Below, piece after piece: positions 54,662 to 64,000 of a stretch of 64,000 bases of DNA. Position numbers and translations under genes: made by a program. The number at the start of each line of letters is the position of its first letter. Within the stretch, counting starts at the first letter, position 1. Location: the NCBI GenBank assembly GCA_963845065.1, contig CAWJQQ010000001.1, forward strand, positions 160,001-224,000. The letters are read 5' to 3'. A model generated the notes under the pieces. That model saw only the letters and a program-made list of their open reading frames with translations, did no database searches and was not told the origin of the DNA. Source of the stretch: Nitrospirota bacterium (lineage in GTDB: Bacteria; Nitrospirota; UBA9217).

Positions 54662-54780
54662 AACGGATCTCCTTCCACGAAACTAATCTATTACACTATT
54701 TTAATTCATGCAGCCTGGATTAACGAAAGCATCTGATACTTATTTTTTGTCTAAAACAATTCCAACACTATCGTATATTA

Positions 54781-54797
54781 AGCAAGAGATATGCCAC
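54781..54797 (-). promoter_or_regulatory. sigma54 promoter of the PII gene
   Basis: TGGCATATCTCTTGCT. Confidence 0.8.
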
Positions 54798-55189
54798 TAT
54801 ATAATCAGGGAGGTTTTCACTTGTAACAGGCTGAAAGCGTGACCATTTCAGTAAAGTAGGTAAACGAAAGCAGTACTAAGAATATTTACTTGTCGACTTG
54901 TTTTTGCACATTTGTCTAAAAGGTGATCAGCAGTTTCCATGAACCTCAGCGAGGGGTGATGAATTCACTTAAATCATATTTTTTATGCGATATTACAGGG
55001 CAAAATGTCTCTGCTTCGCTTGTATCCTTATAAAGATCGGCCTCGCAGTATGCATTAGTTAACTGCAAGTGCATATTTGCGTGTCTTTCCAAGTTTGTCA
55101 ACCTTGATTGCCCCTCTGGTCTTCGTTAGAACTATCTTTAAGGGGCAGAGATGTTGTCTAATAAGGATTCAAAATTTAAGTGCTTCAGT

Positions 55190-55315
55190 GAATGGAAACT
55201 TCAACGAGGATGGATAGAGGAATTATATTATGGAACGAATTATTCCATACTTGAAGCGGTATTCTTTACTTCAATCAAATCAGGATCTCTACGAGGTTTA
55301 CCTACAATCATGTAT
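55190..55315 (+). repeat. Intergenic motif family, copy g
   Basis: Homologous to 6273-6383: TATTCTTTACTTCAATC...TACCTACAATCATG. Confidence 0.7.
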
Positions 55316-55474
55316 TGTCAATATTGTTACAAGTGCAAATAATACTGGATCAAACTTACACCATGTCCAAAACAGCATGCAGAGGTATGCTATCTTCTAA
55401 TTATATAGATACCGATGGGCGGGCCATCGCCCGAAGGCATGTAGACAGTTCTAGATCGAGAAAGGGGGACAGCC

Positions 55475-56434
55475 ATGACTAAAATAGAAACTGATGGATA
55501 TTCTAGCACCCAGAGGCCAAAGCTTGGTCTCATCGGCTTGGGATACATGGGTAGCCGCATGGCCCAGAGGCTGCTCACTGCCGGTTATCCGCTCACTATC
55601 TATAATCGCACGAAGGAGAAAGTCCAGACGCTAGAACAACTCGGCGCACAAGTTGCCGATACGCCCAGGGACTTGGCCACGCATTGCGAAGTGGTGCTGG
55701 TCTCGGTGACTGATGACGCGGCCCTGGAACGGGTGATGTTTGGCCAGGAAGGCGCCTTGGCCGGGTTGCACGACGGATCGGTGATAATCGACCTGAGCAC
55801 CGTGGCTCCCAGCGCCTCACTTCGTCTCTACCAGGCGACGCGCGAGAAAGGTGCGGCGATGATCGATGCTCCCGTTTCGGGAAGTGTTCCACAGGTGGAA
55901 CAGGGCAGCCTGGTGATCTTCGTCGGCGGCGGCGAGGAGACCTATAAGCGGTGCCGGCCCATTCTGGAGATCCTCGGGAAAAACATCTTCTATATGGGCT
56001 CAAGCGGTATGGGGACGACCATGAAACTAGTGGTCAATACCCTGCTTGGCCTGGGGATGCAGGCTTTGGCCGAAGCGATCGCGCTAGGTGCAAAGGCAGG
56101 CTTAAAGAAAAGTTTGCTCGTCGACGTACTCGAGCAGACGGCCGTGCTCTCAGCGGGTCAGAAGGCGAAGCTGGCAAATGTGAAGCGCGATCAGTATCCT
56201 ACGCAGTTTGCACTTTCGCTCATGTACAAAGATTTTGGCCTGGTTCTAAGGCAAGCGGCTGAGGTCTCAGTCTCCATGCCAGCAACGGCAGCGGCTCAAC
56301 AGATGTACACAGCAGCGATTGCAAAGGGAATGGATGAGGACTTTTCGATCATGATCAAGTTTATGCAGGAGTTGGCCGGTGTACCTTATCAGGGACAAGG
56401 CGACACTCGATCTTTTCTTTCAACAGGAAGTTGA
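55475..56434 (+). CDS. beta-hydroxyacid dehydrogenase family (HIBADH-like)
   Basis: GLIGLGYMG, DAPVSGS, MKLVVN and KDFGL. Confidence 0.9.
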   Translation: MTKIETDGYSSTQRPKLGLIGLGYMGSRMAQRLLTAGYPLTIYNRTKEKVQTLEQLGAQVADTPRDLATHCEVVLVSVTDDAALERVMFGQEGALAGLHDGSVIIDLSTVAPSASLRLYQATREKGAAMIDAPVSGSVPQVEQGSLVIFVGGGEETYKRCRPILEILGKNIFYMGSSGMGTTMKLVVNTLLGLGMQALAEAIALGAKAGLKKSLLVDVLEQTAVLSAGQKAKLANVKRDQYPTQFALSLMYKDFGLVLRQAAEVSVSMPATAAAQQMYTAAIAKGMDEDFSIMIKFMQELAGVPYQGQGDTRSFLSTGS

Positions 56435-56521
56435 GCCCAAGGCCATAGGTAAAAGAACAGGTATCAAGCCAAGCGCACAACACTTGACGGAAGTACTGAT
56501 CACGATGAGCATGTTAGACGG

Positions 56522-57205
56522 TCACTCAGCGGCGCGAGCATGGTACGCGGCGACCGCACACAGACCCGACACGACCGCGGCGAGAGCAAGCGGTACTGCA
56601 ATCGAGTACCGCAGCAGCCAGGCACCCAGCGCTGCACCCGCGAACATTGCGACAACGGCTCTTGCGCGTCTCGTCCAGTTGGGATTTCTTCCGCCTCCAA
56701 GAGTGGAATCCGCCGCCAATCCGGTTATGGTCAACGTAAGCACAGTCGTAGTCAAATCGGGCACTCCGAGCTTTCGAACCGTAGCGTTGCGGACCCCCAT
56801 AGCTAGACCGGAGAGTACGATCACCGAATAGACTCCTGTCGCGGCCGTTGAGAAGCCACTCCTGTAGCCACTTGCGATAACGGTCGCGGCGAGCAGCAAT
56901 GTCGCTTCGATGCCGAAGGCAGTGCCGGTCCATCGATAACGTGGGCTATTGCTCATCACCATCGCCATGCGCCCACCGATTAGAGCCCCGAGGACAAAGG
57001 CGACGAGGGCAGTCACGGATCGCGGAACGGACAATCCCTTTGCACCGGCGACCGCAAACGCCAGAAACACAACGTTGCCGGTCATGTTCGCGGTAAACAC
57101 GCTCCCGAGAGCAAGAAAGCTAACGGCGTCGACGAGACCCGCCACTGCAGTCAGGCCTATCAAAACGCGCACTAAAATCGGTGCCGGGGGAGATGGTGCT
57201 TGCAT
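56522..57205 (-). CDS. YoaK/DUF1275 membrane protein
   Basis: AGLVDAVSF, FTANMTGN, AMGVRN and TTTVLT. Confidence 0.9.
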   Translation of the reverse strand: MQAPSPPAPILVRVLIGLTAVAGLVDAVSFLALGSVFTANMTGNVVFLAFAVAGAKGLSVPRSVTALVAFVLGALIGGRMAMVMSNSPRYRWTGTAFGIEATLLLAATVIASGYRSGFSTAATGVYSVIVLSGLAMGVRNATVRKLGVPDLTTTVLTLTITGLAADSTLGGGRNPNWTRRARAVVAMFAGAALGAWLLRYSIAVPLALAAVVSGLCAVAAYHARAAE

Positions 57206-57490
57206 GGCACGCTCCGAGACAGAGCGTCGTTACCCCAGATCTCGGTTTGTTATCCCACGATCTCTGTCTAGCCAGCTATTGAGTAGTTCCAACTACTATG
57301 CAAAATGCGTGCATAGTTGGTTAAAAGTTATTAAATTGACTAAGTATGCCAAATTGCATTTTATCCAAGCCCGAGATGGAAATTGACACTTCTTGTAACG
57401 AATATATGTCTGAATCGGGGAAATGTCAACGACATCGGGTGAATTTGTCAGGGCAATGGGCTATGATGGCAATGGGCTACAGAAATAAAT

Positions 57491-57621
57491 GGGGTATTTT
57501 AAGGGTATAACAATAAAAATGGGCAGGTAATGCCGATGTCGAAAATTCGGCAGTTAAGGTGCAGGATACGGGTTGAAAATTACATTATTGCAAAGCATGA
57601 TATCTCGTTTGCTTCAGGATG
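57491..57621 (+). repeat. ~120-bp dispersed repeat, copy 2
   Basis: Matches 18449-18565, plus a 14-nt insertion that completes a TGCCGA/TCGGCA hairpin. Confidence 0.8.
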
Positions 57622-57807
57622 AACTGCTCGTCAAATTAATCGAGTGAAAAATGCATAATTCATATCGAATTTTTGCACATGGCCAACAATTTCTGTAGCC
57701 ATAACTATCCTTCAGGCAGTTCTGGTTATTTATTGAGTGCTTTAACGAAACGTTCATTGTTGTACGGTTCTTGTCGGAGCAGCTTTGATCCACTGCAACT
57801 ACTCTTG

Positions 57808-57963
57808 TCAATGTCTGGTCAGTGGTAACGCTGTACCACCCTTCGAGCCAGTTCAGCTGCCGGCGGCATTGCTTGTACCAGCTCCCACCACGAGTCCAGC
57901 GCCAGCAATCAAACCAGCAATACCAAACCCTGCCAGGTACTTTTTTAAGGTCCCGGGTATCAA
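57808..57963 (-). CDS. SbtA-like (selenobiotic family) RiPP precursor with in-frame UGA; possibly decaying
   Basis: RBS AGGAGGTG, TTG start, MIPGTLKKYLAGFGIAGLIAGAGLVVGAGTSNAAGS-TGA(57853-57855)-TGSKGG; hairpin GTGGTA/TACCAC 13 nt downstream. Confidence 0.7.
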
Positions 57964-58151
57964 TGATTCACCTCCTGCCGATTTCAACCCCTTATCCGCG
58001 TTAATATCTTTGATGATATGCTCGGGGGGTGAAGTTTTCACAGAATAGATTGCATAAAGGAAAAGATGTCTTTGATTTATTTGGTCTAATTATCTTTTGT
58101 GCAATAAACAATCTTTGTTTGCGCATGAAATGTGGAGCCGTTGATCGGGCT

Positions 58152-59627
58152 TTAAATCGCCCCACATGCATCCGCTATCAATTTTTTATCAATTACGACA
58201 TTCCTCGGTTGCCATGACGGATCGAGCCGTTTCATTCCGGCAATGAATTCGTTTGAGTTCATAAGGAGATATCCACCAACGGCACGTAGAAGGTTGATGC
58301 TTTTTTTGGGTAGCGAAAGCGATGTTGGAATTTCTTGTAGACATCTGCGCAGACGGCTATCTGGAATTCCGTCAAAAGCCAGCTCAGCAAAGGTAATGTC
58401 GGGCATAGTCATGCCCTCCATCCGAGGGGCATAGGAGCAACTAGCGGCAATGGATTTTCTAAAGGAGTCGAGGGCGAGTTCGATTTGTTTCTGCTTGTCG
58501 AGTTGTTCGTCGAACATCATTACGCTGTCTGATGTTACGGTGTCCACTGGCCCGTCGGTAATCATATTGAGTACGGAAAGAATACCCGGCGGACTGCTTG
58601 AAGCATCCCAGGTCCTTTTTCTAGTCGTTTTTGCGTTGACCGCTATTAGCATAATGCTTCCAACACCACCCATGTTTGCGTATCTCAATACGCTCAAAGG
58701 ACTGTCCGTGGTAGTTACTGCATCTATTGTCACCCGCAGCCCTAGATTGTCAGATAGACCACCGTCCAGAAGGTGTGCATATAAACGATCCGAATCGCGG
58801 TAAGAAAGCGCTGCCATTGCCTCGGCAGTTCGCATTGACGATTTCATGTTGCCGTTGTTGAGCATCTCCCAAAGAGGGTACGCTCCACAAGTTTGCTTAT
58901 AAATCTTTATTGTAAGCGGGTTAAAAACGACGGGGAAGTTCGAGGAGGCGGTGACGGCCCGGGAGACTGAAACACCGGAAAGATCAGAGCATAGAAGATC
59001 AAATTGATCTTGGGTGAAAGTGAAGCGCTGAAGAGTGGTCATGTCGGTCGCATTAATAAGTAAAAATGGTACGGTACCTTTGGGTTTATTGAGTAGATTG
59101 GCGAAAGTTTGCTTTTCAAAGATTGTATCATTGTAGTATTCGTCGGCCATATCGCTTCGACTGAAATTAGAAGATGCAAAACGGAACCAGTTATAAGGAT
59201 TTAAGAGCCTTAGCATAAGCTCACGGTGGATATTGCGGAAAAGGAACCGATCCGGAAAATCGCTAAAGAAACGATCAGGGAAAAGAACGTAATAAGCCGA
59301 AGTAAAACTCCCCCCGGAGACTGACGAGATGATCTCCACATCATCGAGTAGTCTGCGTTTAGACCCGCCTTTGGTGGTATATTCTACCAGTCGGAGTTCC
59401 TCCATAAGACCGAAGGAGAGGGCTGCAGCACGTTTACCGCCTCCGGAAAACGAAAGAATGACAAAAGGTTTATCTTTAGTTGGTGCTGGACGTACGACAC
59501 GATAGCGGTAACCTGCAGCTTCAGAAATTGATTTAAGAGGGGGGTTTTCTGGATACTGAGAACATCCGCTGAATATTATGATCATAATAATTGGAAGCAG
59601 CATCAATTCGAAGTCTAATCGCCGCAA
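58152..59627 (-). CDS. Patatin-like phospholipase lipoprotein
   Basis: SGGGKRA, SVSGGS and DGG; lipobox FSGC; GGAGG before TTG. Confidence 0.88.
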   Translation of the reverse strand: MRRLDFELMLLPIIMIIIFSGCSQYPENPPLKSISEAAGYRYRVVRPAPTKDKPFVILSFSGGGKRAAALSFGLMEELRLVEYTTKGGSKRRLLDDVEIISSVSGGSFTSAYYVLFPDRFFSDFPDRFLFRNIHRELMLRLLNPYNWFRFASSNFSRSDMADEYYNDTIFEKQTFANLLNKPKGTVPFLLINATDMTTLQRFTFTQDQFDLLCSDLSGVSVSRAVTASSNFPVVFNPLTIKIYKQTCGAYPLWEMLNNGNMKSSMRTAEAMAALSYRDSDRLYAHLLDGGLSDNLGLRVTIDAVTTTDSPLSVLRYANMGGVGSIMLIAVNAKTTRKRTWDASSSPPGILSVLNMITDGPVDTVTSDSVMMFDEQLDKQKQIELALDSFRKSIAASCSYAPRMEGMTMPDITFAELAFDGIPDSRLRRCLQEIPTSLSLPKKSINLLRAVGGYLLMNSNEFIAGMKRLDPSWQPRNVVIDKKLIADACGAI

Positions 59628-59800
59628 TTGGATAGCCTCCGTGTGGGTTTAAGAGCTCTGCACTCAGTTAGATAGATTGTATACTATACATTGCCATTCA
59701 ACATTGAAACGGATAAAAGAATTCATACAGCAAACAGTTGTGCTCGAAAAAGCTTGCTAAAAACCTATATCATGAATGTTATTATTTAGCTAATACATCG

Positions 59801-60277
59801 TCATCGGATATCTTCCATCTCCAACGTCGTGGTAATCTCCACACATTTGCCAATTGAACGTGCCACGGGGCAATGGTCCTTATGAAGGCCATGCACACGC
59901 TCCGCAGTCTCACGCGCCGATGGCTCCACTTTTAAGAGGTAGGTAACGTGGATCCGCTTGATCACCAGGGTACTTCCCTCAGTTCCTATATCGCCCCGGG
60001 CATTAGAGCTGAGTCGGCCTGTCGATGCCGATATACCGCGCGCCTCCAGCGCGCCGCCGAAAGTGCCGGTGAGTCAGCCAGCGGTGGCAGCCACGACATA
60101 ATCCAGCGTGGTAGCGTGGGGCTCGGTCTTCGAAGGGTCGACCTTATAATGCGCCGCTATCTCCGAGTGAACACCAAAGAGGACCGGTTCCCGTTCTGCT
60201 GGGAGCCATGCGCGACGGAGCGGCCCCTTGTCCCGTTCAATCCGGACATGTGACTCATATACAATATCGTCTGCCAT
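59801..60277 (-). CDS. OsmC-like selenoprotein, Sec at codon 68
   Basis: DYVVAATAG-TGA(60074-60076)-LTGTFGGALEARG...IKRIHVTY...HCPVARSI continues in frame for 90 codons; GCGCGC-TGGAG-GCGCGC hairpin downstream. Confidence 0.88.
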
Positions 60278-60698
60278 GTTCACTCCTTTGTCAGTCCTCT
60301 TCTCTATTTTCCAGCAGTCAACCGGCTGCAACACGACTGATCCTGATCAGGTTGAGCCTTGGGCCGCTGAGCTGTCGAAGCAGTGATCGCCCACATTTAT
60401 GGTATGTTATGGAAGGAGGGCGAAATCGAGATACTATAACGATATTTATAAATATAATATTATTGTAGCATAAGAATCACCAAATCATATCTGTACAGAA
60501 CCAGCTTAAAGTGCCCGAATATATGTTCGAACAGCGTAGCATGATAATCCGACACATACATATAATGAAGAGACCCGCGACTCTTCCTATTACATATTTT
60601 AAAAAAGCTAACAATGTCCTAATGGTGTGCTGTGTAGAAGTTACTAGTGTCAAATACTTATAACCCCTCTTATAAGCACTTTTAATCCCCCTTTTTCT

Positions 60699-60752
60699 GT
60701 GACCAATATGTTATTTGTCCGTGATGGTTTTGTGACCATTGCTAGGTATACT
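60699..60752 (+). promoter_or_regulatory. OmpR-type operator array with -10 box
   Basis: GTGAC/GTTAT/GTGAT/GTGAC at an 11-nt period, then TATACT. Confidence 0.7.
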
Positions 60753-60811
60753 TCAATAAAACAGATGGAAGAGATTGCGTGTTCATCGCATATGCGGCCA
60801 CGAGGGAGGTT

Positions 60812-60988
60812 ATGAAGTCCATAATTTCCCCTTCGGTTGTTATTATGTTTGCCCTTGCTCTAAATGTGGTGTCAGCGTATACAGGCGGACTAAAACGCAA
60901 GATTCTTGCCTTTTTTCCTTGGATACGGAATTGTTGTTGCACGAGAGACAGGAACATAGAAAGTTGCCTTAACGGCCAAGTGTTATGA
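60812..60988 (+). other. Short ORF with signal-peptide-like start, possibly a gene remnant
   Basis: RBS GGGAGG; MKSIISPSVVIMFALALNVVSA... Confidence 0.35.
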
Positions 60989-61311
60989 CGACGGCAAGGC
61001 AGCCTTGCAGAGAGTGGCAGGAGATCAGAAAATCGAACCGGGATTTCATTACCTGAATGAAACGGATACTGTTTCTTATAGCCCAAAGGTCATTACAGTT
61101 GCGGGAGGGAATACAGCCTTGAAAAATCTGGAATGTAAATGAAACGAGAAAATAGTCGATAGAAATGGGTATCTTTTGCAGTACCTGAAAATACAGAAGA
61201 AGAGGGTGCAATCATTTTATCAAACACAATAATGAGAACGAAGCTTCTTATCAATATTATGCTACGTTAATTACAATGAGCAGCACATGAATGCATAGGA
61301 AGCAGAAACGC

Positions 61312-62031
61312 ATGCGTCGCAGAGTACTTATAATTGAAGACAATAAAGATATCGCCCATCTGGTGGAGCTTCATCTTAGGGATACAGGATGTGATGTAAG
61401 TTTGGCCTTTGACGGTAATGCTGGTATCGCGAAAGCTCTCTCGAAATCCTACGATCTGATTATTCTGGATCTGATGCTCCCGGGCGTGGACGGGCTTGAG
61501 ACTTGCCGGCGCTTGAGAGCCGAAGCCACCTACACTCCCATCATAATGCTGACTTCCAGATCTTCCGAAGTTGACCGGGTTCTCGGCCTGGAGATCGGGG
61601 CAGATGATTACCTGACAAAACCGTTCAGTATTCGGGAGCTTATGGCACGGGTCAAGGCCATATTCCGTTGCGTGGAAGCGCTTAAGTCGGGGGCAACGCA
61701 GCAATCGAACGCATCAATTCAGACAGGTGACCTTGTGGTTGACGCTGAAAAACGAAAAGTCACGCTCCGGGGAAATCCCGTGACGTTGACAGTTAGAGAA
61801 TTCGATCTGTTACTCCATTTTATGAATCACCCCGGTAGAGTGTATACACGCAAGGAGCTGCTGAATTTAGTCTGGGGTAATGGGTATGAGGGCTATGAAC
61901 ACACGGTCAATTCTCATATCAACCGTCTGAGGGCCAAAATAGAAGATAACCCTGCTCAGCCGTTCTATATTTTGAGTGTCCATGGGGTCGGTTACAAGTT
62001 CACCGATCTCCAAGATTTACTGAAGGTATAA
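61312..62031 (+). CDS. OmpR-family response regulator
   Basis: LDLMLP, GADDYLTKPF and HTVNSHINRLRAK. Confidence 0.95.
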   Translation: MRRRVLIIEDNKDIAHLVELHLRDTGCDVSLAFDGNAGIAKALSKSYDLIILDLMLPGVDGLETCRRLRAEATYTPIIMLTSRSSEVDRVLGLEIGADDYLTKPFSIRELMARVKAIFRCVEALKSGATQQSNASIQTGDLVVDAEKRKVTLRGNPVTLTVREFDLLLHFMNHPGRVYTRKELLNLVWGNGYEGYEHTVNSHINRLRAKIEDNPAQPFYILSVHGVGYKFTDLQDLLKV

Positions 62032-62035
62032 ACGC

Positions 62036-63526
62036 ATGTTTAAAACTCTTTACTTCAAACTGGCCGCTGTACTCGTGGGAATATTCTGCCTGATAGGAGT
62101 ACTTTATATTCTGCTGACGCTCTACACTACGCGGATGTATTTTCAGGAGGTGAACCAGAAGCTGAACCGTTCGCTGGCGCAGAATTTAGCATTGGGAAAA
62201 ATCTTGACGAAAGATGGTCAGGTCAATCAAAAAGCCCTTCAGGATATCTTTCGCATGCTGATGGTCGTAAACCCCGGTATCGAGGTCTATCTCCTAGATC
62301 CGAAGGGCACTATCCTGGCATTCTCTGCACCACCCGGAAAGGTGAAAAGAGAGACTGTATCACTGGAGCCCCTGAAGAGGTTATTGGACGGAACCTCATC
62401 CTTGCCCATCCTGGGTGATGATCCACGTGACCTCAAACAAAAAAAAATATTCTCCGTTGCACCAATCTCTCTGAAAGGCCACGTAAGAGGGTACGTTTAT
62501 ATTATTTTGGGTGGGGAGAAATTTGACACAGTCGCCCAGATGCTCCAAGCCAGCTACATTCTCCGGCTCAGCGTGGGGGCTGCGGCAGGAGGCTCGCTGT
62601 TTGTCTTACTGACCGCGCTTCTTCTATTTAATTGGATGACTCGAAGGCTCAAGAGTCTTACCACAACCATGGAAACTTTCCGGCAGCGAAATTTCTCAAA
62701 GCCTCCCGATATATTGAGTCGGTTTCGAACCGGTTCAAGGAATGAAATCGATCAGCTCGGGACGATCTTTATGCAAATGGCCGATCGCATTGTTCAGCAG
62801 ATAAAGGAACTTAGAGAGGCCGATACGCTTCGGAGAGGATTCGTTGCTACTATCGCGCACGATCTTCGGACTCCCCTGACCTCCCTTCGAGGCTATCTCG
62901 AGACCCTGCTCTTGAAGGAAGGAAGGTTAACGACGGAGGAACAGCGGAACTTTCTTACGATTGCCATGAAACGGTCAGACCAGTTAGGGAAGATGGTCTC
63001 TCAGCTCTTTGAACTCGCAAACCTAGATTCTCCCGATATCCGACTCAGCTTCGAGCCGTTCTCTCTGGGCGAACTCATTCAGGATGTTCTGCAGAAGTTC
63101 CAACTCGTTGCCGAGAAGAACAAAATCACTCTTCACATGAATATCGAGGCACCCCTTCCTCTGGCGCTCGCTGAGATAAGTTTATGCGAACGCGTTCTCG
63201 ATAATCTTATCGAGAACGCTGTCCGGTACACTGGAGAGAACGGATCTATAAGCATCAGCGCCGTTTTAAAAGACAAAACTGAACGAATAGAAGTACAGGT
63301 TACGGATACTGGTTCAGGCATTCGTCCAGAGGATGTAGTGCGACTTTTTGACCCCTCTTCTAGGCTGAAGAGAGAAGGTCCAAAGGACGCAGAGCGGGCT
63401 GGGCTTGGTCTGGCCATCGTAAAGAGAATCCTTGAACTACATGGGAGCGATATCCAAGTGAATAGCACCATTAATGTCGGCACTACCTTTACGTTCACCG
63501 TGCCGATTTATAGAACTCAACCATGA
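62036..63526 (+). CDS. HAMP sensor histidine kinase
   Basis: Two TM segments, HAMP, IAHDLRTPL, NAVRY and GLGL. Confidence 0.95.
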   Translation: MFKTLYFKLAAVLVGIFCLIGVLYILLTLYTTRMYFQEVNQKLNRSLAQNLALGKILTKDGQVNQKALQDIFRMLMVVNPGIEVYLLDPKGTILAFSAPPGKVKRETVSLEPLKRLLDGTSSLPILGDDPRDLKQKKIFSVAPISLKGHVRGYVYIILGGEKFDTVAQMLQASYILRLSVGAAAGGSLFVLLTALLLFNWMTRRLKSLTTTMETFRQRNFSKPPDILSRFRTGSRNEIDQLGTIFMQMADRIVQQIKELREADTLRRGFVATIAHDLRTPLTSLRGYLETLLLKEGRLTTEEQRNFLTIAMKRSDQLGKMVSQLFELANLDSPDIRLSFEPFSLGELIQDVLQKFQLVAEKNKITLHMNIEAPLPLALAEISLCERVLDNLIENAVRYTGENGSISISAVLKDKTERIEVQVTDTGSGIRPEDVVRLFDPSSRLKREGPKDAERAGLGLAIVKRILELHGSDIQVNSTINVGTTFTFTVPIYRTQP

Positions 63527-63577
63527 TCTAACAAGATCGAACTTGAGAGACCCAGTCTTTAGGATTATCCTTTTTTT

Positions 63578-63631
63578 GTGACTAAAATTTTATCCTTCCG
63601 TGATGATTTCGTGACTTTCGTTCGCTATACT
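63578..63631 (+). promoter_or_regulatory. Second OmpR-type operator array with -10 box
   Basis: GTGAC at 63578, GTGAT at 63600, GTGAC at 63611 and TATACT at 63626; same spacing as at 60699. Confidence 0.7.
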
Positions 63632-64000
63632 AAATTTCATATTCGTATATTAGATGGAAAATAAAGCGTCTGCACGATGCGACATTCTGTACTCACCGAT
63701 TTAAATAAATAAGAAAAATTATTATCAGTCTGGTTTTTGTTGCCGATTTAAATCAATGCTTCTACACCCGTCGTTTAGATGGTTGCATATTTGTTGGCTG
63801 TTTTTGCGGTGGAGATGACGAGAGATAGAGCAAGAACGTTTTATTTTTCGTCCAGGTTTTATATCTTTGCACGCATGTCGGCAAAAGTACGTGCTAAAGG
63901 GGGGATGCTGCATAACAAAGAGAGCATGAGGTCGAATCTAGTGCATCACAAATATTTTAATTGGGCAATAAGGCCCCTGAGGTACCTGAGGTACTTTCCA

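Overview
Bacterial chromosomal window, probably from an anaerobic Gram-negative diazotroph of the Nitrospirota (Thermodesulfovibrionia) or Desulfobacterota type; this is inferred from gene content only. From left to right: (i) 1-19.5 kb is an accessory stretch of mostly minus-strand single genes (vapBC, a RelE remnant, yedF with two selenium-associated LysR genes, a c-di-GMP-I riboswitch-controlled DASS transporter, a serpin, a UGA-containing peroxiredoxin-like selenoprotein, and a 1063-aa surface lipoprotein). Almost every intergenic gap from 5.4 to 14.6 kb carries one co-oriented copy of an unrecognised ~60-bp motif. (ii) 19.7-23.2 kb holds nested mobile elements: an IS1380 inserted into the promoter of a tnpB-only IS200/IS605 element, itself possibly inside an older IR-bounded element. 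(iii) A PAS-kinase signalling trio. (iv) A kdp operon with two small membrane peptides and a porin. (v) modABC with two ModE-like genes. (vi) A sigma54-driven Mo-nitrogenase cluster nifHDK-nifEN(fused)-nifX-nifI1-nifI2-fdx-GNAT, then nifB-hesA and a third PII gene. (vii) A right-hand accessory region with an SbtA-like selenopeptide, a patatin, an OsmC-like selenoprotein, and an OmpR-type two-component system flanked by two matching operator/promoter arrays. No rRNA, tRNA or CRISPR array was seen. All calls are by eye; no databases were searched.
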